Origin: Phoronis australis
Taxonomy: Eukaryota; Animalia; Phoronida
Reading direction: 5' to 3'
DNA length: 55,507 nucleotides
Assembly (NCBI GenBank): GCA_002633005.1
Contig: NMRA01000787.1
Location: forward strand, 28,690-84,196
Of the stretch, positions 12,153 to 25,243 are shown one piece after another (the stretch's first letter is position 1; every line of letters starts with the position of its first letter). The notes below the pieces were generated by a model. The model was not told where the DNA came from, searched no databases, and saw only the letters and a list, made by a program, of their open reading frames with translations. A program made the translations under genes and the position numbers.

Positions 12153-14419
12153 TCTAGCTTCTTTGTTAACTGCACTTGAATTGCCTAGGACGGCGCTTTA
12201 AGAAGCTTCTAGTGAGGTGGCCTAGACGAACGTCTGCCCTGTCGATTAAGTAAATTTAAATTTTTGTTTTATGTTCCTGAGTGAAGTTTGAAAAACCTGT
12301 CAATCAGTCAATTTGGCTATGCTTTAAATTATTACTAAAAATTTATCTGCAGTCTTGTGTTTTATGGATTAAAAGATTTGTCGTCTCTTTATCGTCTTTT
12401 CAGTGAGCTCAAATTAAACTAGAAATAGTCATCGCAACGCTGTCAAACAGCCATTCAGGAATTACAATAAAATCCGTATCAGAGGCCATAGTGCATGGCC
12501 ATTTGAGTTGGCTAAGTGGAAGGTAAGAAGCCTGTGGACATCTTCATGGGAACCTTAAGAATTCAGTAGATGATCAACAGTCACGGTACAAAACATAACA
12601 TTCAAAATAATCCAGTAGGTGCAGCTATATCGCATCGTCGTGTACGTGATTGTAACTAGCGCGTATGCGACAACTCTCCTTTTAATAAAAAGAAGAACAA
12701 CACTAACATAACAAACTCGAAGTGTGTACAAAAAGTCCTGTGGCACACAAGAGTCTAAGACCAAATCCTTGAAACGCTGAGGAAGTCTTAATTTCTCGCC
12801 TAGGACGGGCTGAGGGTTCAGCTACATGTACGGCTTTGTTGTGTGACAGAGACTGTATAATGTGTTGGGCAGCGTTGTTTGTGTGTTTTCTCTGTTCCAA
12901 CGAAAACCCGTATTTGTGAACGTTGATGTTTTAAATAATCTTTCTATTAGAATAAGAGTAATATTGAACACGTCATAGTGATGTTTATAGCTTACAGAAC
13001 AGATCCATCATTTCCGCAAGAGTAATTTTACTGCTGGAGAATCAGCCGTAAAAATTATAAGAACAATACTTTTGTAGAATGTAAATTTGTTCGTTTTATA
13101 ATTGTTATCTTACCGGCTCGTGTAGTATGCCTACGACCGGGAAGACTTAGAAAAAGAATATAGAATTTTGGGAGAAAATCAAAACATGTTTTATCTTGAA
13201 AAGAAATTCGACTGAGACTCCATGTGAAAACCGAACGCCGCATCAAATGCGATACACTAAATTTAACCAATAAACAACAAACTTCAGAGTGAGCAGTTAC
13301 CATGGTCTTTACTTAATGTTTCTGTAGCTGTGATGTTATATACAACGTTATGTTTTTATGTTTTGTGAATGGCCGCCGATGTCGACCTGACGGATAGAAA
13401 CTCAGTTGTTTTGTTTTTGAAGTTCGAGTATTGAAACTGAAAACCCAGAAGCGGGAGAAAAGGGAGAGTCGAATAGTTTAAAAATATGTTCAAATTTATT
13501 ATTGCCGTCGTAAATTACAAACACTGTGATGATGTAAAGGAATTTATAGATAACTATTGAACAACTCATACACTTTTGGTAAAATCCAGGGGACTAACTA
13601 TACGTCACACATTGCGTTTGAAAACTTGAGGCTGGAGCGGGTTTTAGACACCAGACAGACTGCCAAAATTCTAGTTCTCGGCTTTTTATAGACCAAAAGA
13701 ATGCACCTGAGGAGGGAGTCTAATGCATGGGTGACGTATAAGTAGAGTCATTTAAGAATTCTTTTCAATTTCAGCACACTGCGGTAAGTGAACATGCCAA
13801 TTAAACACCCTACTTTACAACGCAATAAGCCTAACCAATTAAAAAATAGGTCAAAGGTCATTGAGTGCAAATTCAGATTTTGAGCTAGAGACCTCAAAAT
13901 TACATATCCGTTTACTAAATGCAATTGGGTTTGAATTCTAAATTTTCAGGTCATTTGGTGCACCCATGGGGTCATTAGGTGCATTTTTCTTCTGAAAAAC
14001 CATTTCATTTCATCTTGTATTCTGAAGCGCTTAAAGTAAAACATCTGTGATTCTTAGCATTAACCACACTTTAAGTCGAGTGTACAATTATTTCCTCATC
14101 AGGGTTCGTAATGCACCGGAAGAGGTCAATTAGTGGGAAGGTCATCAAAATATTAACGTGTAATTTCTCCTACAATTTTAAAGAATTACTTTTTATATTG
14201 GTAAACGTGTTGCTGTCAGTTACTTCCCAAAACAATTCCAGTAATATGCATGCGCAGAGTCCATTATTGTCACACCGTGACAATAATCTTTCTAGTTTCA
14301 ACGTTCTTCTTACTGCTACTTGTTATCATAGAAATAACTTCAGTGAGAATACATACAAAGAAATTCATGAAGAAAACATGCCAATATTCTAATAAACGTA
14401 TTCCAAAAACCTTACATAC

Positions 14420-15109
14420 CTTCAACTACTAATGATGAAGCACTGATTGTCAGGAGCTCCTCATCAACTCTGACAATAACACATCTTTGAAAAACATCAA
14501 TGATGCATGCTTGGCCTTCTCTTACATCCTGTTCACTGTCCTCTCTAAACTGCACCAGATCATTTTTGACCAGTTCTTTCAGGACTGACATCTGCTTGAC
14601 AGTCGCAGCTTACGCTTTTTTCTGCCTAGAATAACACAGTCAAACAATACTCAGTGGTAACAGCCACAAAGCTTTCACGAATATCAAAAAATGAATGACA
14701 AGATACTGCACTGATTAAGACGGCTCCAAAAAAACTTTGGCCATTCTGTGGGAACTAAATTATTTATGATAGTAAAAGTACTCCTACATTATAGTGTGAC
14801 TCATCGTAATTGCAGTTGGAAATTTCTTTAAACGAACAACCCCACGAATTAACGGCCTATTTTATTTATACAGCAATAGCATCAAGCGAGTAGAGACCTA
14901 AGTGACGATAAAAATACTTGCGTTTTTCTCCACCTGGTCCCAAACACGACACACTCTCGATTGGGCTCAGCCTTTCGCGAATTTCACTCTGCTTGACTAC
15001 CTGATCCGAGAAAACTGACGTGAATCCCGTCGTCATTTATTTCCCTCGCAGTTGCCTCCGCCCAATGTCCATTTTCGTCTATTGCCTGTACTTTTTGTCT
15101 AACTTTCAT
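14420..15109 (-). pseudogene. Tudor-like pseudogene, copy B
   Basis: Exon 15109-14922 (MKVRQKVQAIDENGHWAEATAREINDDGIHVSF) has a small deletion over the GW motif and its donor changed to gcaagt. Exon 14625-14420 follows. Confidence 0.6.
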
Positions 15110-15789
15110 TTTGAAACGGCTACTTTTTGGCAGAAATAAAACTACACACCCATCCTCACGTGTTGGACTGGACTCACTACTCACCACGATACGCGAGTTA
15201 GGTCCTTATAGACATGTTCACCAAAATGAAATTGCTGTTTTACTGCTAAAAATAGCGTATTTTTTACTTATATTTTGATAATTTAACATAAAAATAGTTT
15301 AAAAATGGCAATTATAAGTCTTCCTTTGTTGACAGTGAAACCGCGTTACCGCGTAGTAATCTTTTGTGAGGATTCTCCAGTGTGCAGGGCTAGCCTGAAC
15401 TAAAAGTGAAATATCTTGGCCAAAATTTCATCGATTTTCGTGGGAGAAAAACACTTGTTTTCAGAGTTTTACGAGGAATTTGTTGATGAATCTTACATGT
15501 CATTGAAAAAGGCAAAAATATAAAAGAGCGAGTAATATTTCTTCAAGCAGCCCTTATCACCGAACCATCGGCTTCACGGGCAATAAAGTGTAATCGACTG
15601 AATAGATCCGTCGACCACAGATCTACCCTGTGGTTTTTCGCTTGATCCCAGACCGTCCCGAGTTGGCTCCTGGAGTTCGGTCTCTCACAAGGTTTTAGCG
15701 TTATTTTCACTGCACACAATAAACAGTGTCGTTAATAAAATATTGGGTAGTTGTGTCACACTTATTTTGCCTCACTCTACTTCATCACG

Positions 15790-17787
15790 AAGCATGTTGG
15801 TGACAGCCTCTGGGAGCCTGAGCTGCGTCTGTGATACCGCAGGTTGACGAGGGATGAGCGGCAGCAGCCATGTTTCTTTTGGTTGAAATCTTTCACACTG
15901 AGCTAAAAAGGATATCCAGCACTCTCTTTTGCTTGAGCTAAAAAGTGGTTCCCAAGATGGCAGGGCTTTTTTATCCTCTCAAGTGGAACCCTCTCAAGGC
16001 TCCGCTTGACTAGGAAAGCTTCCTATTTGGAACACTAGTCAGTATGGTCTGTTCAAGTGTAGTCGCCTTAGTGCTACACAAGGCCTTGTACAGGCATCGC
16101 ACTTCAGTGCCGTGTCTCCCGAAGATAAAATGATATGGCTTGCTGTGTTGTTTCCCTGAGTTCACATGGGGTTCAAGCCAGTCCCTGACATTGTAGATGC
16201 CAGATACAACCTCACTCTCTGGACGCAACAGAGTGACCAGATCGCTGAATGGTTCCACATCCTTCTTTCTCAGGGTTTCGGCAATATGGCTGAACGCTGC
16301 ATCAATATCCTCATATGAGTTAGTCGTGTCTTAACGAAAATTTAGCAAAAGAAATGAAGAGTTATTTGCAATTCTTGCTTTTCCAGGTATGCTATGGTGC
16401 AAATCTTAAACTCTTACCACAATGATCTTACAGTGTTATTTTACATTAGTTAACAGTAATGTTAAGTAAGTATTTTTAAACAAGAAATAAGTTGAATATT
16501 TGGACAAAAGTGGTAAGTCACTTGTGGAATCATTGTCAACGGATCAATAAATTTTCTTCTTTGGGTTATTTAAAAATGCCAGAAACTGAAAAATCGTAAC
16601 CACGAAAAGCTTTCTGTTTTCAGATACTGGGACTTCCTGTTATGAAAAGAGTAATTTTAGGTGAACTGGTAACGCACTTAAAGTCACTCAGATGCAGCAA
16701 TTGTTGCAAAAATGGTTTTGGCTTCAACGTCCAAAAGTGAGTTTAGGTCACACAGGGCATTAGTACAAGTGGCCAGGCCATTGTTAAAAATTAAACCAAC
16801 GAACAGCTTTGCATCTTAGTGAACTTACTCTGGTCCATTCCATGAATTATCAAACTGAGGAACTTCTTTGGCTGAAGCACGGCCTTTCCTCTTTTAGAGT
16901 AGTAAAACTGCCTTTCAAGCCTATGTAAAACAAATTAAATGCATTTGATTAAGCCAAACGTGTGGTTCAGTTCTCCAAAAATATGGGTCATTTTGCCAGA
17001 CATGGAATTACCAACAAGCCCTTTTTAGAAAACATATTTTCAGTTACTAAGTCAGTTTTAATTTCAAACCTTATCAAGAATGATGTTAACAGTAAAAAAA
17101 AAAATAAATTGAACGTGCAGAGCTGTTGTTTTCAATTTATAATAACACTACTCACATCTGACGTTCATTATGCAGCCTGATTTCATTGTGAATGAAAGTG
17201 ATTTTTTCCGGGTCTTTCTCCCTCGTACGCTGTAGATCGAGGCTTACACAGATGGAACACTTTGTGAAGCAGTTAGTCTACAATACGACACAAGGAGAAA
17301 TACAATTAATGAATGTATCAGAAACACGTATCACGAGTTCGCAACCAGATGTCAAATTCGATGGCTTTAAATCAAACACAAATTTTCTCTGCACACCTTT
17401 TTTACTTTCACTTACAGAAAATACTGCTTCCTTAATCTGTAGAAGGTTGTCTTGGAGACGGGTTCACCATCAATTTCAGTTGTTTCTTTTCTGTACCTCT
17501 TGTACATGCCCTCAATGTGCGGTGGGGCAGCCGACACTTGTTCTTGTGAGGTTGACTCTCCTCACACAGGGTGGCGTACTCCTTTGTCCATTTCAAAGTC
17601 TTGAGGGACTTTGGTGTTGTTTGCCGAGGCTTTTTTGGTCTGCCTCGTACTGAATTCTCATTCACAAATGCGACATGGCGATAAAAGGTACTTCTAGATA
17701 TACCATACAGAGCGGTGAAAGAGCGTTGGCACAACAATCGATCTTCCACTCCGTACTGCTTCTCAGAAGAACGTTTTCTAATCACTT
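15790..17787 (-). mobile_element. Sola-like transposase pseudogene, copy B (5'-truncated)
   Basis: Same exons as copy A. Retains LLCQRSFTALYGISRSTFYR...LPH, which is deleted in A. IIDGMDQ is mutated to IIHGMDQ at ~16842. Confidence 0.8.
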
Positions 17788-17884
17788 TAAATGGTTTGTT
17801 TATGAGTGATGATTAAGACCCTTCAGCCTATTAAGGAAATTTGCTTGTTGCTTACAAAGCCTGTATACGTCGGTGAGGTCCGTG

Positions 17885-20060
17885 CACAACATCAAGCGAC
17901 CGAAATATTAAGCCACATGTCTTATAAACTACAAGAAACATGCTGTCGAGCATTAGTATAACAACAACATTCGAGTAAATATGATCAGAAATCCAACGTC
18001 ATCATAACATAAACTTGGTTCATGGATGATGTTAGTCACCAGGCACAAGAATACGCAAAAATGCCTAATATTACACATCAGCGTGTAAGATTAAGCATCC
18101 GTAAGTAATCTCATGCAGTCATGTATGTTGAAAAAGTCGCCCGTGCGACTATGGGCCATCAGCCTGCAAGACTATGCATCTTTACCTAATATCAAACGAT
18201 CATGCATAATATGATGACAAAAAACCGGTGTGACCAACGCCTATATAAAGGTCTGAGCTCAACATCAAGCGACCATAATATTACGCAAGAAACCCCTAAT
18301 GAAGCATGGAAATGAAATGATGAATCACTGTGCATTGCACAGCGAATTGTAACGAACATATTTTACATTCTCATATTGGGTACATGTAACTTGATGGCAA
18401 AATGTAAAGCGCCCATTTGAGCTAATAGTTGAACGATTGTTTGAGACACGAACACCTGCGCAAAGTTTAACACGAGGGTGGCAGAAGCACATACGCTAAC
18501 TATGGGAACGGAATTATGGGAAATTGCATTCAGCTTTCAAAATAGATGAGGTTAAAATCCTTCGTCAGCCACCTTATGGGTTGACCATATGAAATCTACC
18601 TGAACTATGAACGCGACTTAAATAGTACGCGACCATAATATTACGCATGAAACCTTCACCGAAGTATGAAAATGATGAATCACTATATCGCGCAGCCAAT
18701 TGTAACGAACATGTTTTATATTCTGATATTGGGTTTTAGTACATGTAATGGGGTTAAAATCCTTCGTCACCAACCTTATGGGTTGACCATATGAAATCTA
18801 GCTACCGGAGTTATATCGGTCCAATGAGCAATCGTGCGTGCGACCCCTATCTAAGCTGAAGCGTGCAATATCAAGCAACCGTAATATTATGCCACGCTTT
18901 GTCTTATAAACTACAAGCAACATGCTGCCAAGCATTGGTATTTCAAAAAAATTCGAATAAATATCACTAGAAATCTGAAGTCATCATAACATAAACTTCG
19001 TTTTACGATGATGTTACACGTCAGGCACAAGACTACGCAAAAATGCGTAACATGACAGGTCAGCGTGTAAGATAACGCATCAGCACGTAATATCAAGCAG
19101 TCATGTATGATGAAAAAAGTCGCCCAGAAGTGTGCAACTGAGGACTAGGAACGTGTAACCTTAGAGATCCGTACGTAATATCCAGCATTTATGCGTAGTA
19201 TTATATGTTATGAAAAAATCGCCCGTGTGACTAAGGCCTACAAAAGCACCCCTGCCTAACATCAAACGACTGTAATATTACGCAAAAAATTCCAATGAGG
19301 TGTCGGAAAGACATGGTTTTCAAAAAAGCGTGCGCCGCGCCTTAAAAACTCAACAAAATCAACTCGTACTCCAGCGCTATCAGGGCTCAACACTAACGGT
19401 TGCCCGATTACCCGTGTACATGTGGAATTTGAAAAGTACTTGCCCGATGGGCAAGTTAAAAAGCTAGCCGCACAGGCAAGTAGATCCTAAGATTGTCTGC
19501 TCGACATTTGCTCCAAAGTAACGAACCCCGACACAAGCCTAAAAACCGTCGAAAAAGCCCCTGTGGCCGTCAAAGATCGAAACTTACGTCTTCGAATGAG
19601 CACCGAAAGGAAAATAAAACGAGTTTGTTGCAGCGTGCACAGATGACGCTCGCGGTTAAATCCTTTCGATTCTCTGAACGTGCCCTGCAGTTTCTGAATA
19701 AGTTGTCACGTGATACTACTGATCGTCTGCACTCTGGCAAAACGTCTAAACATGGAAGCCGTCCAGGCCTGGGAATTCGTTGTTCGGGCAAGTAAAAATT
19801 TCAACTAAGTTAATGTTGAGCCTTGGCTATGACGGCGGACAGGGGAAAATCCCCCGAGCGCCAGAGGCCCATCGCATCCATGTGTAATATCAAGCGTCCA
19901 TAATATCATGCGTCGGAACACGACAAAAGGATCAAAAGAGTGGAACAGCTTGCTTATTGAAGTTAGCCTTCACAAGCCCAAGAGAGGGAAAATCACCAGA
20001 GAAAAACACAATATCTAAGCACCGTCCCGCGCGTAATATCAAGCGACCGTAACTGTGGGG
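17885..20060. repeat. Complex higher-order repeat built on an ATCAAGCGACCRTAATATTACGC motif
   Basis: Motif variants at ~17892, 18192, 18264, 18628, 18870, 19092, 19261, 19889 and 20038. Longer diverged duplications: ~17885-18145 vs 18865-19125, ~18265-18390 vs 18628-18750, ~18550-18600 vs 18752-18800. Confidence 0.8.
19381..19825. mobile_element. hAT-like MITE with 5-bp flanking direct repeat
   Basis: TIRs CAGGGCTCAACACTAAC / GTTAATGTTGAGCCTTG, subterminal GGGCAAGT/TTGCCCGA motifs, flanked by GCTAT on both sides. Confidence 0.8.
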
Positions 20061-20496
20061 AAATTCTGGCTATGTAGTATAGGGGTTCGCCGTGTGAGTT
20101 GCCTCGCAGTGTCGGTAGATACAAAGTGGTGATAACTAGACAGTTCAGCAGTGAACCTGTCCAAATAACAAGTCGTGTCGTTGTGCTGAATATATGGCAA
20201 CTGATTTTATTCTGCACTCCAAGTCATTTATATACACAATCATTGACAAAATAACTATGACACGTGGGCTAATACTAAGGAAATGACTAAACTATAATAC
20301 AAAACAATTCTTATAAATGATTCGACGTCACAAGGAAGCTAGACCAAATAAGGCAGATTGTTACGTAACCAATTCCGGAGTTGAAGGAACTCTGTAGTAA
20401 ACAAACTGTCTGTGACGTATGGCTGGACATTTGAGCTGAGACACATCTGGTTCCGGTCAGTATGAATCAGCTGATGGGCGAAGTGTCAAAACAAAN

Positions 20497-22198
20497 ATCG
20501 CTGAATGTTTCGGCATCCTTCTTTTCAGGGTATCAGCAATATGGCTGAACGCTGCATCAATATCCTCGTATGAGGCAGTCATGTCTTAACGAAAATTTAG
20601 CAAAAGACATCAAGAGTTATTTGCAATTCTTGTTTTTCCAGGTATGCTATGGTGCAAATCTTAAACCCTTACCACAATGATCTTACAGTGTTATTTTACA
20701 TTAGTTAACAGTAATGTTAAGTAACTATTTTTAAACAAGAAATAACTTGAATATTTGGACAAAAGTGGCAAGTCACCTGTGGAATCATTGTCAACGGATC
20801 AATAAATTTTCTTTTCCGAGTTATTTAAAAATGCCACAAACTGGAAAATTGTAACCACGGAAAGCTTTCTGTTTTCAGGAGTAATTTTAGGTGAACTGGT
20901 AACGCACTTAGTCACTCAGATGTAGCAATTGTTGCAAAAATGGTTTTGGCTTAAACTTCCAAAAGTGAGTTTAGGTCACACAGGGCACTGGTACAAGGGG
21001 GCAGGCCATTGTTAAAAAGTAAACCAACGAACAGCTTTGCGGATCTAAGTGAACTTACTCTGGTCCATCAATTATCAAACTCAGGAACTTCTTTGCCTGA
21101 AGCACGGCCTTTTCTCTTTTAGAGTAGTAGAACTGCTTTTCAAGCCTATGTAAAACAAATTAAATGCATTTGAGTAAGCCCAAAGTGTGGTTCAGTTCTC
21201 CAAAAATATGGGTCATTTTGCCAGACATGGAATTACCAACAAGCCCTTTTTAGAAAACATTTTTTCAGTTACAAAGTCAGTTTTAATTTCAAACCTTATC
21301 AAGAATAATGTTAACAGTAAAAAATGAATTGAACGTGCAGAGCAATTGTTTTCAACTTATAATGACATTACTCTTATCTGACGCTCATTATGTTGCCTGA
21401 GTTCATTGTGAATGAAAGTGATTTTTTCCGGGTCTTTCTCCCTTGTACGCTGTAGATCGAGGCTTACACAGATGGAACACTTCGTGAAGCAGTTAGTCCA
21501 CAATAAGACACAAGGAGAAATACAATAAATGAATGTATCAGAAACACGTATCGCGAGTTCGCAATCAGATGTCAAATTCGATGGCTTTAAATCAAACACA
21601 CAAATTTTCTCTGTGAACCTTTTTTACTTTCACTTATGGAAAATACTGCTTCCACAATCTGTAGAAGGTTGTCTTGGAGACGGGTTCACCATCAATTTCA
21701 GTTGTTTCTTTTCTGTACCTCTTGTACAGGCCCATTTTTCTAGTGCGGTGGGGCAGCCGGCATTCGTTCTTATGAGGTAGACTCTCCCCGTACAGGGTGG
21801 CGTACTCCTTATCCATTTCAGAGTCTTGAGGGACTTTGGTGTAGTTTGCCGAGGCTTTTTTGGTCTGCCTCGTACCGAATTCCCATTCACAAGTGCGACA
21901 TGGCGATAAAAGGTTCTTCTAGATATACCATACAGAGCGGTGAAAGAGCGTTGGCACAACAATCGATCTTCCACTCCGTACAGCTTCTCAGAAGTACGTT
22001 TTCTAATCACTTGCAACAGCCACTGCGTATGCTCTTTGCTGTCTCTAAACCAGAAGGTTTCCTTACATGACTTTATATCAGCATCGCTGAAAGGTTTTAA
22101 ACAGTTCCGTCTGCAACAGTTATGAATTGATTTGGTTATGGCTACTTCTGGTTTGGATACTTTTTTGTGTTGCATTCTGCTTCGTTTTGGGTCTGCAT
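20497..22198 (-). mobile_element. Sola-like transposase pseudogene, copy C (most complete N-terminal exon)
   Basis: ORFs 21630-22175, 21634-21816 and 21357-21599 together give CCRRNCL...LLCQRSFTALYGISRRTFYR...YGESLPH..CRLPH...TFYRLWKQYFP...FTKCSIC...HNERQ, with frameshifts. Confidence 0.82.
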
Positions 22199-23299
22199 CT
22201 GCAAAGAATTAATAAAATTTGCAAAAATGCCATTTTCATTGATACTTTAAATGCCATGCATAAGATAAGCCACATCACTTTAAACGTTCAGTTAAAGTGC
22301 GATAGTTCTAAAACCCCTTCGACCCACACACCCCATGACCCAAAACCTTGACCCAGTCTATGCTATGTTGACTCCATCTGAACAAAGAACAAGTGCTGAC
22401 TTGCAGGACCAATGAGTTGGGCCATGAGCTTGACTGGCTTTTCCCTGTTTTTTAATGCATTAAGAGAGTGTTTGGCAAGTTTGAAACCCAAAACAGAAAA
22501 ACTGACAAAATCGAATCAAAACCTACCAACATTACAAATGTCGTTCTCAACAGAGCGTAATCGTCTTTTCTGCTCTTCAGACAATGGCAGATTCTATCTT
22601 TTTTTGGAGAGTGCATGGAACTGACATTCACAATCTTAGTCACATTTTCACTATTAAAATGAGATAGCGTTGAATTTGTCTATGAAATTGAAGTTGACTT
22701 TTAAGTCGATTTCAGAGATGCGGATGAAAGTTCGGACTTCTTAAACTAGTTTGAACTCCAAAACATTGGAACATTGTTATCATATTTACTAGGCCCTAAC
22801 TCTGAGTAGTTATATTGGAAAGCATGTTGACAAAGTTTGGATAAAGTTGGTAATAATAGTAGACTAACATAACATAACATAACATAACCACAGCTTCATT
22901 CCAAGCTTCAACCATAACAAGTCAAATCAAAGCCACTTACTCTGTCACAAAATTGGCAATCCACCAATGGGAAACTATAGATGACCATAGGTGGTGCTAA
23001 TGAATAATTGAGGTTCTGCTTTTTAGCACCTGAATAGTTGAGCTGATTGTCTTATGTCATTACTAATACTTGAATGTTCTACCTGAATGCATGAATATAT
23101 TCCCAACAAAAACGTTAACTCACAAGTGCCAGCTATTGAATTTCAAGTTGCCCATAGTAAAATTAAAACAGATAGAAACTTTCAATCAAAAATACACACC
23201 ACCTCACAATCATTTTTACATTTGTAAAGGTAAAAACTTACCTGTTAGTAGTGATGAAGCATTGGGATGATGACTAGGGCTGTGACTTGACTTATTTTC

Positions 23300-24183
23300 A
23301 CAGTTTTCATGCATCTCTGCAGTGACTTCGGATATTAAAAGATGACGAATCAAAAGAATGATCAAAAAATGGCTGTCCATTTCTAAGTTCTCTGCACACG
23401 ATGATGAATTCTGACTGGTGCTCAATAATATTTTGAACAATGACATTCTTCCAGCCGACTCTTACACAATTATTTGGTTTGGATGTTGTGATGCAAAACT
23501 TATCCAGATTCAGTCGTTTGTATTGCCTTCTAATTGGATGAACAAAATCATTAGGTAAAGGGCCGCTAAGGTGTTCTTGTTTAACCTCCATTTTCTGTGC
23601 ATGAGTTACCTGCTGTGTACCCTCCTTTTCTCTCAACTGGAGAACGGCTTGCTGTAGTTCTGAGCTTCACTTCTTGACCAGTCGTTTAAGTTGATGAAGA
23701 TAATTTTCAAAGGGAAAAGCTGAAAAGTCATCTAGTGGTCCTTGGTTCTTTACATAATTGGCTAAGTGAATGAAACTGAACGTTTTATCCAAGGAAATGG
23801 GGTCCATACAGTTGAGCACAGTTACAAAATGTTTTAACATGTGTCTGGCATAGTCGTAAATGGTATCTGAGGCAAGAGTTGACAACAAACGAATAGCAAC
23901 AGAAAATGTAACAAAATTGGCTTAAACTTCTTTCTTTACTTTGTCTTTTAGTACTACAATGCCAGTATAGAGCAAAAACAATCAAAATTCTGTTGCCTTC
24001 CACTGGTCCATCTCTGATAAGTCTCTGGGTTTCCTTGGGAACTCATTCGGGATGGAGTTGGACATTGAAAGCAATGAGTCACTTATTAATCTTTTGCACT
24101 GTCTACCAAACATTCCAACAAGGGGTCCCTTTGTCCACAACCAAAGTAAAAGTCGCATCACTGCAAGGCAAACCAAGTGCATG
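23300..24183 (-). mobile_element. CACTA/EnSpm transposase pseudogene, copy C (3' half)
   Basis: HMHLVCLAVMRLLLWLW..GP, EFPRKPRDLSEMDQWKATEF, GPLDDFSAFPFENYLHQLKRLVKK. Confidence 0.88.
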
Positions 24184-24849
24184 TGGTGCAAATCTTTGTC
24201 TTGGTATTCAGGAATTAGTCACTGAGAGTAGCTTCTTGTGGCACCTCGGTGAGCATGCCTTGGATTGTCACAAGGTAAGTTGCAGGTTTACCACAGTCAA
24301 TGTCATGCAGTTCAAGCATCAGCATTTGTCAGCTTTCGAGAACGAGATGGCTCCAGTGCCATGGTGATGGTAAAACTCAGAGGTTTTATTAACATCATGG
24401 TTGAGGTTAGGTTTCTGGAACTGAAGCTCAATTTGCACTTGAATTGCAAAGGACGGCGCTTTAAGAAGCCTCTGGCGACCGACTGACTCACGAGGTAGCC
24501 TAGACGGACATCTCCCCTGTCAATCTGCTCAGTACGGTTCTCTAAAAAAATAAATTTAAATGTTTTGTGTTCCTGAGTGAACGTTTCATTATCTTTTACA
24601 TTTATGAAAAACCTGTGAATCAGTCAATTTTGCTTGAAATTATTCAAATTAATGTGCAGTCTTGTGTTTTATGGATTTAAACATTTGTCGACTCTTGATC
24701 ATCCTTTCAGCGAGTGCAAAATAAACTAGAAATACTCATCGCAACGCTTTCAAACAGCCACCCAACAATTACAATAACACCTGTGTCGGAGGCCATTATC
24801 AATGCAGGGCCATTTGAGTACAGGTACTATTATTTTTATTATTATAACG

Positions 24850-25243
24850 CCGCTCTGTGCGTTGTAACAAGCTTTTGATATTTCATTTTGACCCATAACA
24901 CATTTAAGCGTCGCATCAAATTTTTCCACAAGAGTATTAGTTATTTCTTCCGATGTATTTTGTGGCCCTGCTGTAAGTTGCACCTGGTCTCTGTGACTGC
25001 TAGAGTTCGCAACGGGTGTCGCCATGAGTGTTGGTCTACGATCACATCGAAAGTTCATCTGATCTCGGATACCCTAGTGGTTTGTCATTATAGCCAAAGC
25101 TCTTTCAACTGATAGAGGTCTTTGTAACAACACATATGCCCCGATCCCGCGCTCCCGTACGGAATCGGTTTACCGCCTCCCTCTGAACTAGTTCCAGACC
25201 ATATGAACCATACGCTTTTTGTGCTAATCTTTTTGCCCTTATG
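24850..25243 (-). mobile_element. Gypsy family-1 gag C-terminal fragment
   Basis: IRAKRLAQKAYGSYGLELVQREAVNRFRTGARDRG is homologous to 11300-11537. It extends further to SKACYN, a possible start of a zinc knuckle. Confidence 0.7.

Larger units (their letters stand above)
2683..12510. repeat. Composite segmental duplication, copy A (longest)
   Basis: Starts cagagtgagcagttaccatgg, as at 13285. Collinear with 13285-17787 except for an A-only block ~4194-5785 and an A-only deletion at ~8246. 7207-10490 matches 20497-24183, 12170-12510 matches ~24435-24815, and 11300-11537 matches ~25015-25243. Confidence 0.93.
13285..17787. repeat. Composite segmental duplication, copy B
   Basis: Direct repeat of 2683-~8320 with scattered substitutions and indels. 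Ends abruptly inside the Sola-like exon at ctaatcactt. Confidence 0.93.
20497..25243. repeat. Composite segmental duplication, copy C (starts at N join, rearranged at its right end)
   Basis: Matches A 7207-10490, then A 12170-12510, then A 11300-11537, so block order differs from A. Confidence 0.9.

Noticed and set aside
17885-20060. CRISPR-like repeat-spacer array
   Set aside because: Repeats are degenerate, spacing is irregular and far too long, spacers are themselves duplicated, there are no cas genes, and the context is eukaryotic.
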